A stretch of DNA of 32,000 nt from Dickeya dadantii NCPPB 898 (lineage in GTDB: Bacteria > Pseudomonadota > Gammaproteobacteria > Enterobacterales > Enterobacteriaceae). The notes beneath the pieces were generated by a model. That model worked only from the letters and a program-made list of their open reading frames with translations, was not told the DNA's origin and ran no database searches. Positions 1-10,319 of this stretch are shown here, one piece after another. Within the stretch, counting starts at the first letter, position 1; each line of letters opens with the position of its first letter. The DNA is taken from the NCBI RefSeq assembly GCF_000406145.1, contig NZ_CM001976.1:2981337-3013336 (forward strand). Direction: 5' to 3'. The position numbers and the translations under genes were made by a program.

Positions 1-620
1 ACTGGCGGGTAGAGCGCTGGTTTAAGGTAACTGGTATCGAAAATATACAGCCCTTGCGTGAACAAAAACGCGGCATACTGCTGATTGGCCTGCATTTTCT
101 GACTCTGGAATTGGGCGCACGCATCTTCGGTCTGCAAAATGCCGGGATCGGCGTTTACCGCCCCAATGACAATAAACTGATCGACTGGCTGCAAACCTGG
201 GGCAGAATGCGCTCCAACAAATCAATGCTGGATCGCAAGGATTTAAAAGGCATGATCCGCGCCCTGAAGCAGGGAGAAATCATCTGGTACGCCCCCGATC
301 ATGACTACGGCCCGCGCAGCAGCGTATTCGTCCCCTTGTTTGCCGTCGAAAAAACGGCGACCACCGTCGGCAGCTACATGCTGGCCCGCGCCGCCAAACC
401 CGCTATCGTTCCGTTTGTTCCCCGCCGCCTGCCGGATGCCAGGGGATATGAATTGATTATTCAGCCTGCGCAATTGGATGTCCCGCTGGAAAGTGAGGAG
501 GTGACCGCCGCCTGGATGAACAAGCTGGTTGAAGAAAATATCCTGCTGGCGCCAGACCAATATATGTGGCTGCACCGACGCTTCAAAACACGCCCTGCCG
601 GGGAACCTTCGCTGTACTAA
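1..620 (+). CDS. lpxL: Lipid A lauroyl acyltransferase LpxL (HtrB); 5' end cut by window edge
   Basis: Frame 3 is open from base 3 ([24 protein letters not shown]...), so the Met at 54 in the ORF track is internal. The C-terminus ...[20 protein letters not shown] tracks E. coli LpxL as I remember it (...[22 protein letters not shown]). It is followed by mdtG, as in E. coli. Confidence 0.9.
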   Translation, partial: WRVERWFKVTGIENIQPLREQKRGILLIGLHFLTLELGARIFGLQNAGIGVYRPNDNKLIDWLQTWGRMRSNKSMLDRKDLKGMIRALKQGEIIWYAPDHDYGPRSSVFVPLFAVEKTATTVGSYMLARAAKPAIVPFVPRRLPDARGYELIIQPAQLDVPLESEEVTAAWMNKLVEENILLAPDQYMWLHRRFKTRPAGEPSLY

Positions 621-650
621 GCCCTGGGATATCCCAGTCAGGAAAATACG

Positions 651-1877
651 ATGGATAACACCGCCCCGATTGACTGGAAACGTAACCTCTACATCGCCTG
701 GTTGGGATGTTTCTTTACCGGGGCCGCCTTCAGCCTAGTCATGCCTTTTCTTTCATTGTATGTCGAGCAACTCGGCATACAGGGCCATGAAGCGTTGAAT
801 CTGTGGTCAGGCGTGGTTTTCAGCATTACTTTCCTGTTTTCAGCTATCGCTTCGCCGTTCTGGGGACGTCTTGCCGATCGTAAAGGACGCAAGCTGATGC
901 TGCTGCGCTCAGCGTTAGGAATGGCGATAGTGATGGCGCTGATGGGCGTAGTACAAAATATCTGGCAGTTCCTGCTGCTCAGGGCAGCGTTGGGTATCCT
1001 GGGAGGTTTCGTGCCTAACGCCAATGCCTTGATTGCCACCCAGGTGCCCCGCAATCGCAGCGGCTGGGCGCTGGGAACGCTGTCCACCGGCGCAGTGGGC
1101 GGCGCCTTGCTCGGCCCGCTATTGGGCGGCTATCTGGCGGATACATTTGGCCTGCGACCGGTTTTTTTCATCACTGCCGTGGTCTTGTTCATCTGTTTTC
1201 TGATTACGCTCTTTCTTATTCGGGAACGCATTGAACCCATTAGGAAAAAGGACATGCTCAGCGGGCACCAGGTGATGGTCTCACTGAAAAACCCGCACCT
1301 GGTGGTGAGCCTGTTTGTGACAACCATGATTATTCAGATAGCCACAGGTTCCATCGCGCCGATTCTGACATTGTATGTACGTGAGCTGGCGGGGCAAACC
1401 GATAATCTGGCCTTTATCAGCGGCGTTATTGCCGCCATTCCGGGCGTATCGGCACTACTGAGCGCCCCACGGTTGGGAAAACTCGGCGACAAGATTGGCC
1501 CGGAGCGCATCCTGATCGCTATGTTGATACTCTCGGTGCTACTGCTGATTCCCATGGCGTTCGTGCAATCACCCTGGCAACTGGCGCTGCTGCGTTTCCT
1601 GCTGGGGGCCGCCGACGGCGCGCTATTACCCGCGGTACAAACGTTGCTGCTCTACCATTCTTCTCATCAGGTCGCCGGCCGGATATTCAGCTATAACCAA
1701 TCATTCCGTGATGTCGGCAATGTAACGGGGCCGTTGCTGGGCGCAAGTGTTTCAGCCAGCTTCGGGTTCAGAACCGTATTTCTGGTTACCGCTGCCGTCG
1801 TGATGATCAATGTGTTCTACTCATGGTTCTCTCTGCGCCGTAAACCCAATCGCATACCGGTGTCTGAACCAGAATAA
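651..1877 (+). CDS. mdtG: MFS multidrug efflux transporter MdtG (YceE)
   Basis: The 408 aa product is near-colinear with remembered E. coli MdtG ([32 protein letters not shown]...[16 protein letters not shown]). AGGAAA lies 7 nt upstream of the ATG. The protein is hydrophobic and 12-TM-like. Confidence 0.93.
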   Translation: MDNTAPIDWKRNLYIAWLGCFFTGAAFSLVMPFLSLYVEQLGIQGHEALNLWSGVVFSITFLFSAIASPFWGRLADRKGRKLMLLRSALGMAIVMALMGVVQNIWQFLLLRAALGILGGFVPNANALIATQVPRNRSGWALGTLSTGAVGGALLGPLLGGYLADTFGLRPVFFITAVVLFICFLITLFLIRERIEPIRKKDMLSGHQVMVSLKNPHLVVSLFVTTMIIQIATGSIAPILTLYVRELAGQTDNLAFISGVIAAIPGVSALLSAPRLGKLGDKIGPERILIAMLILSVLLLIPMAFVQSPWQLALLRFLLGAADGALLPAVQTLLLYHSSHQVAGRIFSYNQSFRDVGNVTGPLLGASVSASFGFRTVFLVTAAVVMINVFYSWFSLRRKPNRIPVSEPE

Positions 1878-1932
1878 AGCGCGTCCCCGGTGCAGGATAA
1901 AAGTAATCCTGGCAATGCCGTATTCAGCCCAT

Positions 1933-1964
1933 AAAAAAAGCAACGGACTGGCCGTTGCTTTTTC
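1933..1964. terminator. Bidirectional intrinsic terminator between convergent mdtG and opgH
   Basis: AGCAACGG (1939-1946) pairs with CCGTTGCT (1952-1959) around a 5-nt loop. The stem is flanked by an A-run (1933-1939) and a T-run (1960-1963). Confidence 0.8.
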
Positions 1965-1979
1965 GTCGTTCACCCTGAC

Positions 1980-4532
1980 TCACTGAGCGCTTTTAATCAC
2001 CGGAGCGGCAAGGGTCTGGTAATGGCTTCGCCAGTCGCTATGAGTATCCGGCTGGCTCCACACCCGATGGTGCAGGCGAGCCAAGGTTACCGGGTCGCTC
2101 ATCAACGCCAGACGCAGGTTGCCATCAACATCCTGAGGTTTGCGACTCAGCGCATCATTGACACGTTGTTCACGCATATCCTCAATCGGCCTGCTGAAAC
2201 GGTGACGCGCCGTCGCCATTGCGCTGGTCAGCGCATTGATTGACGGATCAAAGATCGCGTGCATGAAGCCATGATCCAGCTTGCGCTCACGATTGCGCCG
2301 GAAATACTCATCGGTCGCAACCAGCTCACGCGGCGGATCGGACTCTTCCGGGATCAACAGCAGCTTGGCGCGTTTACAGGCCAGCCCCAAACCCGCACGG
2401 CTGGACAGCACTGATACCAACGGCGACAGGATCAACGAGAAGACGATAGGCGCCAGCCACCACAGGAAGCGTAAATCCAGCCATGCCATGCCGCCGGCCC
2501 AAACCAGCCCCAACAGCAGCTGAGAACCATGGCGGGCAAACGCTTCGCTCCAGGGAGTAGCATCATCATCACGCTGCGGCGATTTCCACTGCACCGACCA
2601 TCCCAGAAACGCGCTGACCACAAACACGGTGTGGAACAGCATGCGTACCGGCGCCAGCAGCACGGAAAACAGCATTTCAACCAACAGAGAGATAAACAGC
2701 TTGGCCACTCCGCCGTATGATTTAGCGCCTTTAGCACACACCAGAATAACGCTCAGCAATTTCGGCAGGAACAGCAGAACCAATGTTGTCGAGAACAAAG
2801 CTATCGCCAGTTCCGGCCGCCACTGTGGCCATACCGGAAACAGCTGACGAGGCTGCAGGAAGTACTGCGGCTCCATCAACGTGTGCACCACCTGCAATGC
2901 CGTAGAAAGCGCCAGGAACATGAACCACAGCGGCGCTGACAAGTAAGACATTACCCCGGTCAGAAACACCGCACGGTGCACCGGATGCATGCCTTTAACC
3001 AGGAACAGTCTGAAGTTCATCAGGTTACCGTGACACCAGCGGCGGTCGCGTTTCAATTCATCCAGCAGGTTAGGCGGCAATTCTTCATAGCTGCCCGGTA
3101 GATCGTAGGCAATCCACACCCCCCACCCGGCGCGACGCATCAGCGCGGCTTCAACGAAGTCGTGCGACAGGATGGAGCCGGCAAAAGACCCTTCACCCGG
3201 CAGCGGCGCCAGCGCACAATGCTCAATGAACGGCTTAACACGGATGATGGCGTTATGACCCCAGTAATGGGATTCACCCAATTGCCAGAAGTGCAAACCA
3301 GCGGTGAAAAGCGGGCCATAAACACGGGTAGCAAACTGCTGGCAGCGGGCGTACAGCGTATCCATACCCGATGCACGCGGCGCAGACTGGATAATCCCGG
3401 CTCTCGGATTGGCGTCCATCAGCCGCACCAGTGACGTCAGGCACTCGCCGCTCATGACACTATCGGCATCCAGCACGACCATATAGCTGTACTGATTGCC
3501 CCAGCGACGGCAGAAATCGTCGATGTTGCCGCTCTTGCGCTTCACGCGGCGGCGACGGCGGCGATAGAAGATACGCCCCGCACCGCCGACTTCACGACAC
3601 AAATCCATCCACGCTTTCTGTTCAGCGACGCAGATATCCGGATCGTTACTGTCGCTGAGCACATAAATATCAAAGTGATCCAGCTCGCCGGTAGCCTCAA
3701 CCGACTCGTAAGTCGCCCGCAAGCCCGCAAAGACACGTTCCACATCTTCGTTGCAGATCGGCATGATCAACGCCGTGCGGTGTTCCGGATTCAGCGGTTC
3801 ATTGCCGGTCGTTGTCGACGAAATACTGTATTTGTCTTTTCCGATCAGCAGTTGCAGGAACCCCATTAGTGCGGTCCAGAAACCAGCCGATACCCAGCAA
3901 AACAGGATAGCGAACAGAATCAAAATCCCACTCTGCAGCACATAAGGCAGCAGTTGCATGATCGTACGCCATACGTCCTGATGCACCATCGCAAAAGGAT
4001 CGATCAGCGCCCATCCCTGATAAGGAAGAATGGTCTTCATATACCAGGTGGCGATGGCGGTCTGAAACAGCGTCAGCAGCAGAAGAACATAGCGACGCAA
4101 CGTCCCTACTCTGCGCCAGCGATTCTCCGCTTCGTTCTCTTCCGCCGTCTTATCATGATGGCGGAGTGGCTTGGAGCGCCCGTTGATCATATCCCACCAG
4201 CGCACCATCGGGTTCGTCTGCCAGGCATCGGGGAACATGGAGGCGCGGGTGATACGCGGCATCGCCTGCAGCGCAGTTCGCCCTTCACGGTCTTTACCCA
4301 GTTGCTTGCCGCCGTTTAGCCCGTCTTCCCATGCCAGCTCCAGACGACGCGGTACGGAAACCAGCGGAATATCATCCGGCGATTGCATGGTGACGACAGA
4401 ACCATCAGACAAAGCCTGATGCAAGGAAGATAGATCCTGAGACGAGGACAAGTTCTCACGCAGGGCCTCTGCCTGCTCGGCAGGCAGAGGCAATTTCTCG
4501 ATATACTCGAGAGTAGAAGTTGATTTATTCAT
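1980..4532 (-). CDS. opgH: Osmoregulated periplasmic glucan glucosyltransferase OpgH (MdoH)
   Basis: The 850 aa product has multiple TM segments flanking a GT2-type core (LDADSVMSG...RWCHGNL). It overlaps the opgG stop by 8 nt (..AATGAATAA..), the classic opgGH arrangement. Confidence 0.93.
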   Translation of the reverse strand: MNKSTSTLEYIEKLPLPAEQAEALRENLSSSQDLSSLHQALSDGSVVTMQSPDDIPLVSVPRRLELAWEDGLNGGKQLGKDREGRTALQAMPRITRASMFPDAWQTNPMVRWWDMINGRSKPLRHHDKTAEENEAENRWRRVGTLRRYVLLLLTLFQTAIATWYMKTILPYQGWALIDPFAMVHQDVWRTIMQLLPYVLQSGILILFAILFCWVSAGFWTALMGFLQLLIGKDKYSISSTTTGNEPLNPEHRTALIMPICNEDVERVFAGLRATYESVEATGELDHFDIYVLSDSNDPDICVAEQKAWMDLCREVGGAGRIFYRRRRRRVKRKSGNIDDFCRRWGNQYSYMVVLDADSVMSGECLTSLVRLMDANPRAGIIQSAPRASGMDTLYARCQQFATRVYGPLFTAGLHFWQLGESHYWGHNAIIRVKPFIEHCALAPLPGEGSFAGSILSHDFVEAALMRRAGWGVWIAYDLPGSYEELPPNLLDELKRDRRWCHGNLMNFRLFLVKGMHPVHRAVFLTGVMSYLSAPLWFMFLALSTALQVVHTLMEPQYFLQPRQLFPVWPQWRPELAIALFSTTLVLLFLPKLLSVILVCAKGAKSYGGVAKLFISLLVEMLFSVLLAPVRMLFHTVFVVSAFLGWSVQWKSPQRDDDATPWSEAFARHGSQLLLGLVWAGGMAWLDLRFLWWLAPIVFSLILSPLVSVLSSRAGLGLACKRAKLLLIPEESDPPRELVATDEYFRRNRERKLDHGFMHAIFDPSINALTSAMATARHRFSRPIEDMREQRVNDALSRKPQDVDGNLRLALMSDPVTLARLHHRVWSQPDTHSDWRSHYQTLAAPVIKSAQ

Positions 4533-6093
4533 TAGCAGGCAGCTGATAGCTCCAGGTTTCAGTCAATGTGGTTTCGCCATTGACCAATGCCGCTCGCATT
4601 TCCGTCGGCTGCTTGTTGTCCTTCACTTTCATACGCAGTGTCAGGCGCCAGCCATGGGTTACCGGATTATAGCGAACACTGTTTTCCACAATTTCGCCGT
4701 TGTCACCGATACTGGCTTGTGACGCGATCGGCGTATTCGGATCCAAATCCTTCAATTTGCCGCCGACGAAATCGACCAGGAATGCAGTGGTGCCGTCCGG
4801 CTGACGAATCAGATTTGACTGTTTCACATCGCCGGTTGAACGCATGGTCTGCATCACATAAGCCTGTTCCGGCGAATGCAGCGCTTCTTCGTCCTTGGTG
4901 AAATGCAAGCGGTACTTAACTTCCAGCGGCTTGCCTTTCTCAGGCAGGTTTTCCGGCGTCCAGAAAGCCACAATGTTATCGTTGGTTTCATCCGCGGTCG
5001 GAATTTCTACCAGTTCCACCTTGCCTTTACCCCAGTCGCCCTTGGTTTCAATCCAGCCGCTGGGACGCAGATCGTAACGATCATCCAAATCTTCATAACC
5101 GGAGAAATCGCGACCACGCTGCAGCAGCCCGAAGCCTTTCGGATTCTCAATCGTATAGGTACTCACCGCCAGGTGCTTCGGATTATTCAGCGGACGCCAG
5201 ATCCACTCGCCGTTGCCGGCATGGATGGACAAGCCGTTGGAATCATGCAGCGCCGGACGATAGTTTAACGTCGGAGACGGCTGGTTCGGCCCAAACAGGA
5301 ACATGCTGGTCAGCGGCGCCACGCCCAGTTTGCCCACTTTGTCGCGCAGATAAACCTTAGCTTCCACATCCATCATGCTGTCGCTGCCCGGATAGAGCAC
5401 AAAGCGGTAGGCACCGACGGAGCGTGGAGAATCCAGCAACGCGTAAATGACCAGATGCTTGTCTTCCGGCTTCGGATGCTCTATCCAGAACTCGCGGAAA
5501 CGCGGGAACTCTTCGCCAGACGGCAACGCCGTGTCGATAGCCAGGCCGCGGGCCGACAGACCATAAACTTGTCCTTTACCTACCACGCGGAAATAGCTCG
5601 CGCCCAGCATGCTGAGAATTTCGTCGTGCTTATCCGCTTTGTTGATCGGGTAAAGCACCTTGAAGCCCGCGAAGCCCAGATCTTTCACCGTTGCCGGATC
5701 ATGGTTAACGGAGCCAAAATTAAAATAGTCGGTAGAATATTTGATTTCGTTGACTTCAGTGGCAGTCACTTCATTGATTTTGACCGGAATGTCAAAATAC
5801 ATACCCTGATGGTAGAACTGCAGTTTGAAAGGCGTCTGGTCCGAATTCCAGTAGGATTTGTCCTGGTTGAAGCGAATCTGCTGATAATCGACGAATTTCA
5901 TGTCGCGAAATTGGGCCGGAAGATTACTCTTTGGCGCTTCATACCCCTTTTCAGCAAGCTTTTCCGCCTTTTGCGCAACATCGTCAATGGAAAAAGCCCA
6001 AGCGTGCAATGATGTCAGAGACAACATAACCGCAGCTGAAACCCAGCGAAGATTAGCAACCCGCTGCTTAACCCTAAATTTATTAACCAGCAC
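4525..6093 (-). CDS. opgG: Periplasmic glucan biosynthesis protein OpgG (MdoG)
   Basis: The mature part ([26 protein letters not shown]...[10 protein letters not shown]) is nearly colinear with remembered E. coli MdoG. The ORF-track Met at 6195 adds about 34 non-homologous residues. I place the start at GTG 6093 ([33 protein letters not shown]|FSIDD, signal-peptide-like), preceded by GGGGGAG. The start is uncertain; the stop is firm. Confidence 0.85.
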   Translation of the reverse strand: MLVNKFRVKQRVANLRWVSAAVMLSLTSLHAWAFSIDDVAQKAEKLAEKGYEAPKSNLPAQFRDMKFVDYQQIRFNQDKSYWNSDQTPFKLQFYHQGMYFDIPVKINEVTATEVNEIKYSTDYFNFGSVNHDPATVKDLGFAGFKVLYPINKADKHDEILSMLGASYFRVVGKGQVYGLSARGLAIDTALPSGEEFPRFREFWIEHPKPEDKHLVIYALLDSPRSVGAYRFVLYPGSDSMMDVEAKVYLRDKVGKLGVAPLTSMFLFGPNQPSPTLNYRPALHDSNGLSIHAGNGEWIWRPLNNPKHLAVSTYTIENPKGFGLLQRGRDFSGYEDLDDRYDLRPSGWIETKGDWGKGKVELVEIPTADETNDNIVAFWTPENLPEKGKPLEVKYRLHFTKDEEALHSPEQAYVMQTMRSTGDVKQSNLIRQPDGTTAFLVDFVGGKLKDLDPNTPIASQASIGDNGEIVENSVRYNPVTHGWRLTLRMKVKDNKQPTEMRAALVNGETTLTETWSYQLPANE

Positions 6094-6496
6094 ATCTCCC
6101 CCTGTATGTGTGCCTAAATCAACTAAAACCCATATTAATGGATAAGTTAGCTTTCCGACAACTTGAGAAAAGAATGGTTCATCATAATAGGTCACCGTTT
6201 AAACAACATTGACGCGCTTAAATGACAAACCGCCTTTTCAGGATGAAAAACCATAACGGATATCACCTTAAAAATGCCTAGGAATAGTCCGTTTAGAAAC
6301 GAGGTAAATTTTCCTCTCACATGACCACAGTAGCAAGAAACTTCTGGGTCTGACGGCCATTAACCGGTGTTTTATGGAAAGCAGCGCGCAACTTTTTCAC
6401 CAGGGATGATCAAAAAAGAACATTTTCTTAACCCTTATTCCATGATCGGGTACAGTGTCGTCTATGTTGCCTTTTTCTCATCATCACATGTAACGC

Positions 6497-6928
6497 ATGT
6501 CTCTGTTTGAACTGAGACAACGGCAAACCCCGGCCTGGCTGGGAATACTGGCCCTTGTCATGATCTTCCTGGCCCCACCCATATCGCAGTCATTGCGGGC
6601 CAGCCATCACGTTCAGATATCGTCGCCACCCCATCATCCGCCTTCCGCCAGCCTCCCAATGCCGGATCACCACAGCCACCACGTCATGGCCTCCTCTACG
6701 ATGCCAAAAGGAGACATGGATGAGATGGGCATGGGCATGGGCATGGATCATGCTGCCTGCGGCTACTGCGTACTGCTTTCTTATCTGCCGCTGCTGACAT
6801 TATCAGGTCTGCTTTACCCTGTCGCTACCGCCTGGTCGCCTCGTTGGCAAGCGCTTCGGCCCGTATTTTCCCTGTTCAATGATCCCCGCTTCCTTTCACC
6901 GCTCCCCCGCGCCCCTCCCCATGGATAA
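6497..6928 (+). CDS. Small membrane protein, DUF2946-like, with a His/Met-rich segment and a CGYC motif
   Basis: 143 aa. It has an N-terminal TM (AWLGILALVMIFLAPPISQSL), a His/Met-rich stretch (HHVQISSPPHHPP...PDHHSHHVM...DMDEMGMGMGMDH), then AACGYCVLLSYLPLL. This layout matches my memory of DUF2946 proteins, which commonly sit next to PepSY-TM genes. No obvious SD precedes the ATG. Confidence 0.6.
   Translation: MSLFELRQRQTPAWLGILALVMIFLAPPISQSLRASHHVQISSPPHHPPSASLPMPDHHSHHVMASSTMPKGDMDEMGMGMGMDHAACGYCVLLSYLPLLTLSGLLYPVATAWSPRWQALRPVFSLFNDPRFLSPLPRAPPHG
6725..6746 (+). repeat. In-frame hexanucleotide microsatellite (ATGGGC)x3 + ATGG encoding MGMGMGM
   Basis: Direct reading of atgggcatgggcatgggcatgg inside the DUF2946-like ORF. 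Confidence 0.95.
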
Positions 6929-7091
6929 TCCATCGTCATCAAAACTGTTTGTTCATTAAAGCCGTGTCTGACGCTACTTACGGTCACTCTGCCGATGGTT
7001 TTTATCGCCAGATACCGTTGAACAATCGTGCCTGTCGACAGGAGAAATATTCGTCTTTGTCGGCTGCTGGCTTACCCTATCCGGAGGTTTT

Positions 7092-8576
7092 ATGTCCGAG
7101 TCGAAAACCGAGACATCCTTCATTCAGGGGGGTGCGGTTACTAACGCACCGCCCGCGTACGATACGTATCGCAACAGTCGGGTCCGCTCACAACGCGTAG
7201 CGTTGCAAGCATTGCTGATGCGGTTGCATTTTTATATCGGGTTATTTGTTGGCCCGTTCATCTTTATCGCGGCGCTGACCGGCACGTTGTACGTGCTGAC
7301 GCCGCAGATTGAATCAAAGCTCTATTCTCATCAGTTGTTTACCAACACGGTGGGAACGCCCCAGTTGCTGTCGCAACAAATAACGGCGGCGACCCATGCG
7401 CTGGGCGATAAGGCGCAACACGCCCGGCTGATCGCCGTTCGCCCAGCGCCGGAAGCCGGACAGACAACACGGGTGATGTTTTCCCTGCCGGATCTCGGTT
7501 CATCCGAAAGTTTTGCGGTATTTGTGGACCCGGTATCGCTCGATATCCGTGGCGCGCTCACGGTCTATGGCACCAGCGGTATTCTGCCGTTTCGCACTAG
7601 TTTGGATTATCTGCACCGTAGTCTGTTGCTGGGCGACATCGGCCGAAACTACAGCGAGCTGGCCGCTTCCTGGCTATGGATTGCCGCGTTGGGCGGCCTG
7701 TATATCTGGATCTCGACCCGCAAAAACCATTCTCGCCCACGCCGTCACCCCGCCGCAGAACGCCTGAGCCCGGTCCGGCAACGTCAGCGGTTACGTGGCA
7801 ATCACGCGGCTACCGGCCTGCTGCTGCTGGTTGGGTTGCTATTCTTTTCGGCAACCGGCCTGACCTGGTCGCGCTGGGCCGGCGATAACGTCGCCCAGCT
7901 TCGTGCGGTCATGGGCTGGCAGACGCCCTCGGTCAATACCCGCCTTGATACCGCGTCTGCGCCTCTTCCCTCAGCGCATGCAGAACACGACATGATGTCG
8001 ATGCCAATGCACCCGGCGGCCTTCCAGGCCGCGCCGCAAACCTTTGATAGCGTACTGGCCGCCGCCAGAGCCGCGGGAATTGATGCCGGGAAAATAGAGA
8101 TTCGCCCGGCGGCCAGGCCTGAACGGGCGTGGACCGTTAGCGAAATTGATCGGGCATGGCCCACGCAGGTTGACGCCGTGGCGGTTGACCCGATGACGTT
8201 CCGCGTCATCGACAAAGTCAATTTTGCCGACTATCCGTTAGCGGCCAAACTGACGCGCTGGGGGGTCGACGCGCATATGGGGGTACTGTTCGGGCTGCCG
8301 AATCAACTGCTGTTGTCGGCATTCGGCCTCGGGCTCTGTTCTCTGATCGTCTGGGGATACCGGATGTGGTGGACTCGGCGACCAACACATCCTTCTTCCC
8401 ATAATCCACTGCAGACACTGACGACCGCCTTTCTGCAACTGAACGGCCGCTTACGGCTACTGGTGCTGGTTATCGCGGGTGCGCTGGCGGTCAGCCTGCC
8501 GGTGATGGGAATCAGCCTGGTCATGTTCCTGTTGGTCGATATCTGGCGCTGGTCGAGGCAGCGTCAAACGGCGTAG
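7092..8576 (+). CDS. PepSY-associated TM-helix protein (PiuB/FoxB-like putative periplasmic reductase family)
   Basis: 494 aa. GGAGG lies 6 nt upstream of the ATG. The N-terminal motif LHFYIGLFVGPFIFIAALTGTLYV, the internal FSATGLTWSRWAG and the C-terminal TM pairs (RWGVDAHMGVLFG..., WGYRMWWTRRP) are typical of PepSY_TM proteins. Confidence 0.8.
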   Translation: MSESKTETSFIQGGAVTNAPPAYDTYRNSRVRSQRVALQALLMRLHFYIGLFVGPFIFIAALTGTLYVLTPQIESKLYSHQLFTNTVGTPQLLSQQITAATHALGDKAQHARLIAVRPAPEAGQTTRVMFSLPDLGSSESFAVFVDPVSLDIRGALTVYGTSGILPFRTSLDYLHRSLLLGDIGRNYSELAASWLWIAALGGLYIWISTRKNHSRPRRHPAAERLSPVRQRQRLRGNHAATGLLLLVGLLFFSATGLTWSRWAGDNVAQLRAVMGWQTPSVNTRLDTASAPLPSAHAEHDMMSMPMHPAAFQAAPQTFDSVLAAARAAGIDAGKIEIRPAARPERAWTVSEIDRAWPTQVDAVAVDPMTFRVIDKVNFADYPLAAKLTRWGVDAHMGVLFGLPNQLLLSAFGLGLCSLIVWGYRMWWTRRPTHPSSHNPLQTLTTAFLQLNGRLRLLVLVIAGALAVSLPVMGISLVMFLLVDIWRWSRQRQTA

Positions 8577-8599
8577 CCCCAGTTGACCCGGATGGACAG

Positions 8600-8634
8600 A
8601 AAAAAACCGCAGTCACCATCGACTGCGGTTTTCA
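8600..8634. terminator. Bidirectional intrinsic terminator between the PepSY gene and the convergent MCP
   Basis: ACCGCAGTC (8606-8614) pairs with GACTGCGGT (8621-8629) around a 6-nt loop. An A7 run lies upstream and TTTTC downstream. Confidence 0.85.
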
Positions 8635-8654
8635 TTCGACATCAATTATTGCTA

Positions 8655-10319
8655 TTAGAAGGCCGCCCATTCCGGCGTATCAGATGCGTTCGCATCTTTC
8701 GCGCCAGGCAACCCGGCCAGCGCCAGCGCTTTTCCTCCTGGCTGCCGTCGCGTTGTCCCTTTGTCGGACCAGTTGTTATTCAGTTTGAACACGCTGACGG
8801 TTTTCGCCAGCGTTTGCGCCTGTTCCTGCAGAGAAAGCGCCGCTGCTGCGGACTCTTCCACCAGCGCCGCATTCTGCTGCGTCGTGGTATCGATCTGCCC
8901 AATCGCCAGGTTAATCTGGTTGATGCCTTCGCTCTGTTCCAGACTGGCTTTGGCGATTTCCGTGATCACGCCATCAGCATTGTGCGCATTATCAATCACC
9001 GCGACCATGGTCTGTTCGGTATTTTCCACCAGCGACATGCCTTCCTGAACTTTCTGCACCGAGTTATCAATCAGTTCTTTGATTTCCTTGGCCGAATTGG
9101 CGCTACGCTGCGCCAGCGCCCGGACTTCGCTGGCCACAACGGCGAATCCCCGCCCTTGTTCGCCGGCTCGGGCGGCTTCCACCGCGGCATTCAACGCCAG
9201 GATATTGGTCTGGAAAGCGATACTGTCAATAACACCGATGATTTCCGCCATGCGCTGGGACGCGCTGCGGATTTCACGCATTTCCCGAGTGACATCCGCC
9301 ATCATTTCGCCGCTCTGACGGACAATATCGGAAGCCTGACCCGCCAGCGAAGCCGCGTGCTCCGTATTTGCCGCCGTATTCTTGATAGTGGCGGTCAGTT
9401 GTTCAATCGATGCGGCGGTCTGTTCCAGAGAGCTGGCCTGTTCTTCGGTACGGGCGGACAGGTCCTGATTACCGGCGGCAATCTGCGACGCGGCGGAAGA
9501 AATAGTTTCAGCCCCATCACGCACCTGACTGACAATACTTCGCAGGCTGTCATTCATTCCATACAACGCCTGCAGCAACTTACCGGTTTCATCCTGCGCA
9601 CAGGCAGACGCATCGGTAGTCAAATCGCCTTTCGCCACCTTTTCCGCCAGCGTTAACGCCTCCTGCAGCGGCCGCGTCACGCTACGGGTGATCCACCAGG
9701 CGATCAGCCCTCCGGCTACGATGCTGATAATGAAAACCAGCCACAAAACCATGCGAATATCGGTATAGCTTCGCTGCACCTCTTCCCGCGCGCTCGTCAT
9801 CTGGTCATCCTGATAGTCGATGAACTCGGCTACCTTGTCCTTATATTTTTGCTGCAACGACAAAGAAACATTAATCAATTCTGCCACAGCCTCTTGCTTA
9901 TTACCGCGGCTGGCCAGATCCATCAGTTTATTTCCCGACACGCTATATTCGCTGCGAATCTGTTGAATATCGTTGAGCAGACTGATAGAACGAGCATCTT
10001 TGGCACTCTTGTTTAAATCAGCCAGTAAAGCCGTGATCTCTGCAGAATATCCTTTGATTTCTTCGTTCTTACGTTTAATATCCGCATTAGAATCCAGCAT
10101 TAATATTAGCTGTTGCCCTAACAGAGCATTATTCAGTTCATCGATCAGCTGATTCCCTTTTGCCGTCAGCGGATAAAGCTCGGAAACGGTATAATCCATC
10201 TTACGGTTAAAATCGCTCAGATTACTTAATGCCACCGCCCCTGCGATCAGCAGCATAATGATAAGAAATGAAAATCCGATTGCCAGTCTATAGCCTATTT
10301 TAAAATTAGAAAAACTCAT
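8655..10319 (-). CDS. Methyl-accepting chemotaxis protein (four-helix-bundle-type periplasmic sensor, HAMP, MA domain) ending in the xWxxF pentapeptide EWAAF
   Basis: 554 aa. It has two TM segments, HAMP ([23 protein letters not shown]) and the conserved signalling hairpin [40 protein letters not shown]. The C-terminus is ...[15 protein letters not shown] lies upstream of the ATG. Confidence 0.93.
   Translation of the reverse strand: MSFSNFKIGYRLAIGFSFLIIMLLIAGAVALSNLSDFNRKMDYTVSELYPLTAKGNQLIDELNNALLGQQLILMLDSNADIKRKNEEIKGYSAEITALLADLNKSAKDARSISLLNDIQQIRSEYSVSGNKLMDLASRGNKQEAVAELINVSLSLQQKYKDKVAEFIDYQDDQMTSAREEVQRSYTDIRMVLWLVFIISIVAGGLIAWWITRSVTRPLQEALTLAEKVAKGDLTTDASACAQDETGKLLQALYGMNDSLRSIVSQVRDGAETISSAASQIAAGNQDLSARTEEQASSLEQTAASIEQLTATIKNTAANTEHAASLAGQASDIVRQSGEMMADVTREMREIRSASQRMAEIIGVIDSIAFQTNILALNAAVEAARAGEQGRGFAVVASEVRALAQRSANSAKEIKELIDNSVQKVQEGMSLVENTEQTMVAVIDNAHNADGVITEIAKASLEQSEGINQINLAIGQIDTTTQQNAALVEESAAAALSLQEQAQTLAKTVSVFKLNNNWSDKGTTRRQPGGKALALAGLPGAKDANASDTPEWAAF

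Noticed and set aside
624-637. Perfect palindrome CTGGGATATCCCAG between lpxL and mdtG
   Set aside because: This short GC-poor hairpin has no U-tract and lies in a 30-nt gap, so it is probably incidental or at most a minor attenuator. The palindrome CCTGTCGACAGG at 7031-7042 is similar.
6094-6195. ORF-track start of opgG at 6195
   Set aside because: The extra 34 residues have no counterpart in MdoG and precede a normal signal peptide, so a GTG at 6093 is more plausible. The exact start remains uncertain.
8583-9656. 357-aa + strand ORF
   Set aside because: It is entirely antisense to the MCP gene. Its composition (R, Q, F, G, L rich, with no motifs) is that of a shadow ORF produced by the Ala/Glu/Gln-rich heptad coding strand. 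The MCP frame has unmistakable conserved motifs.
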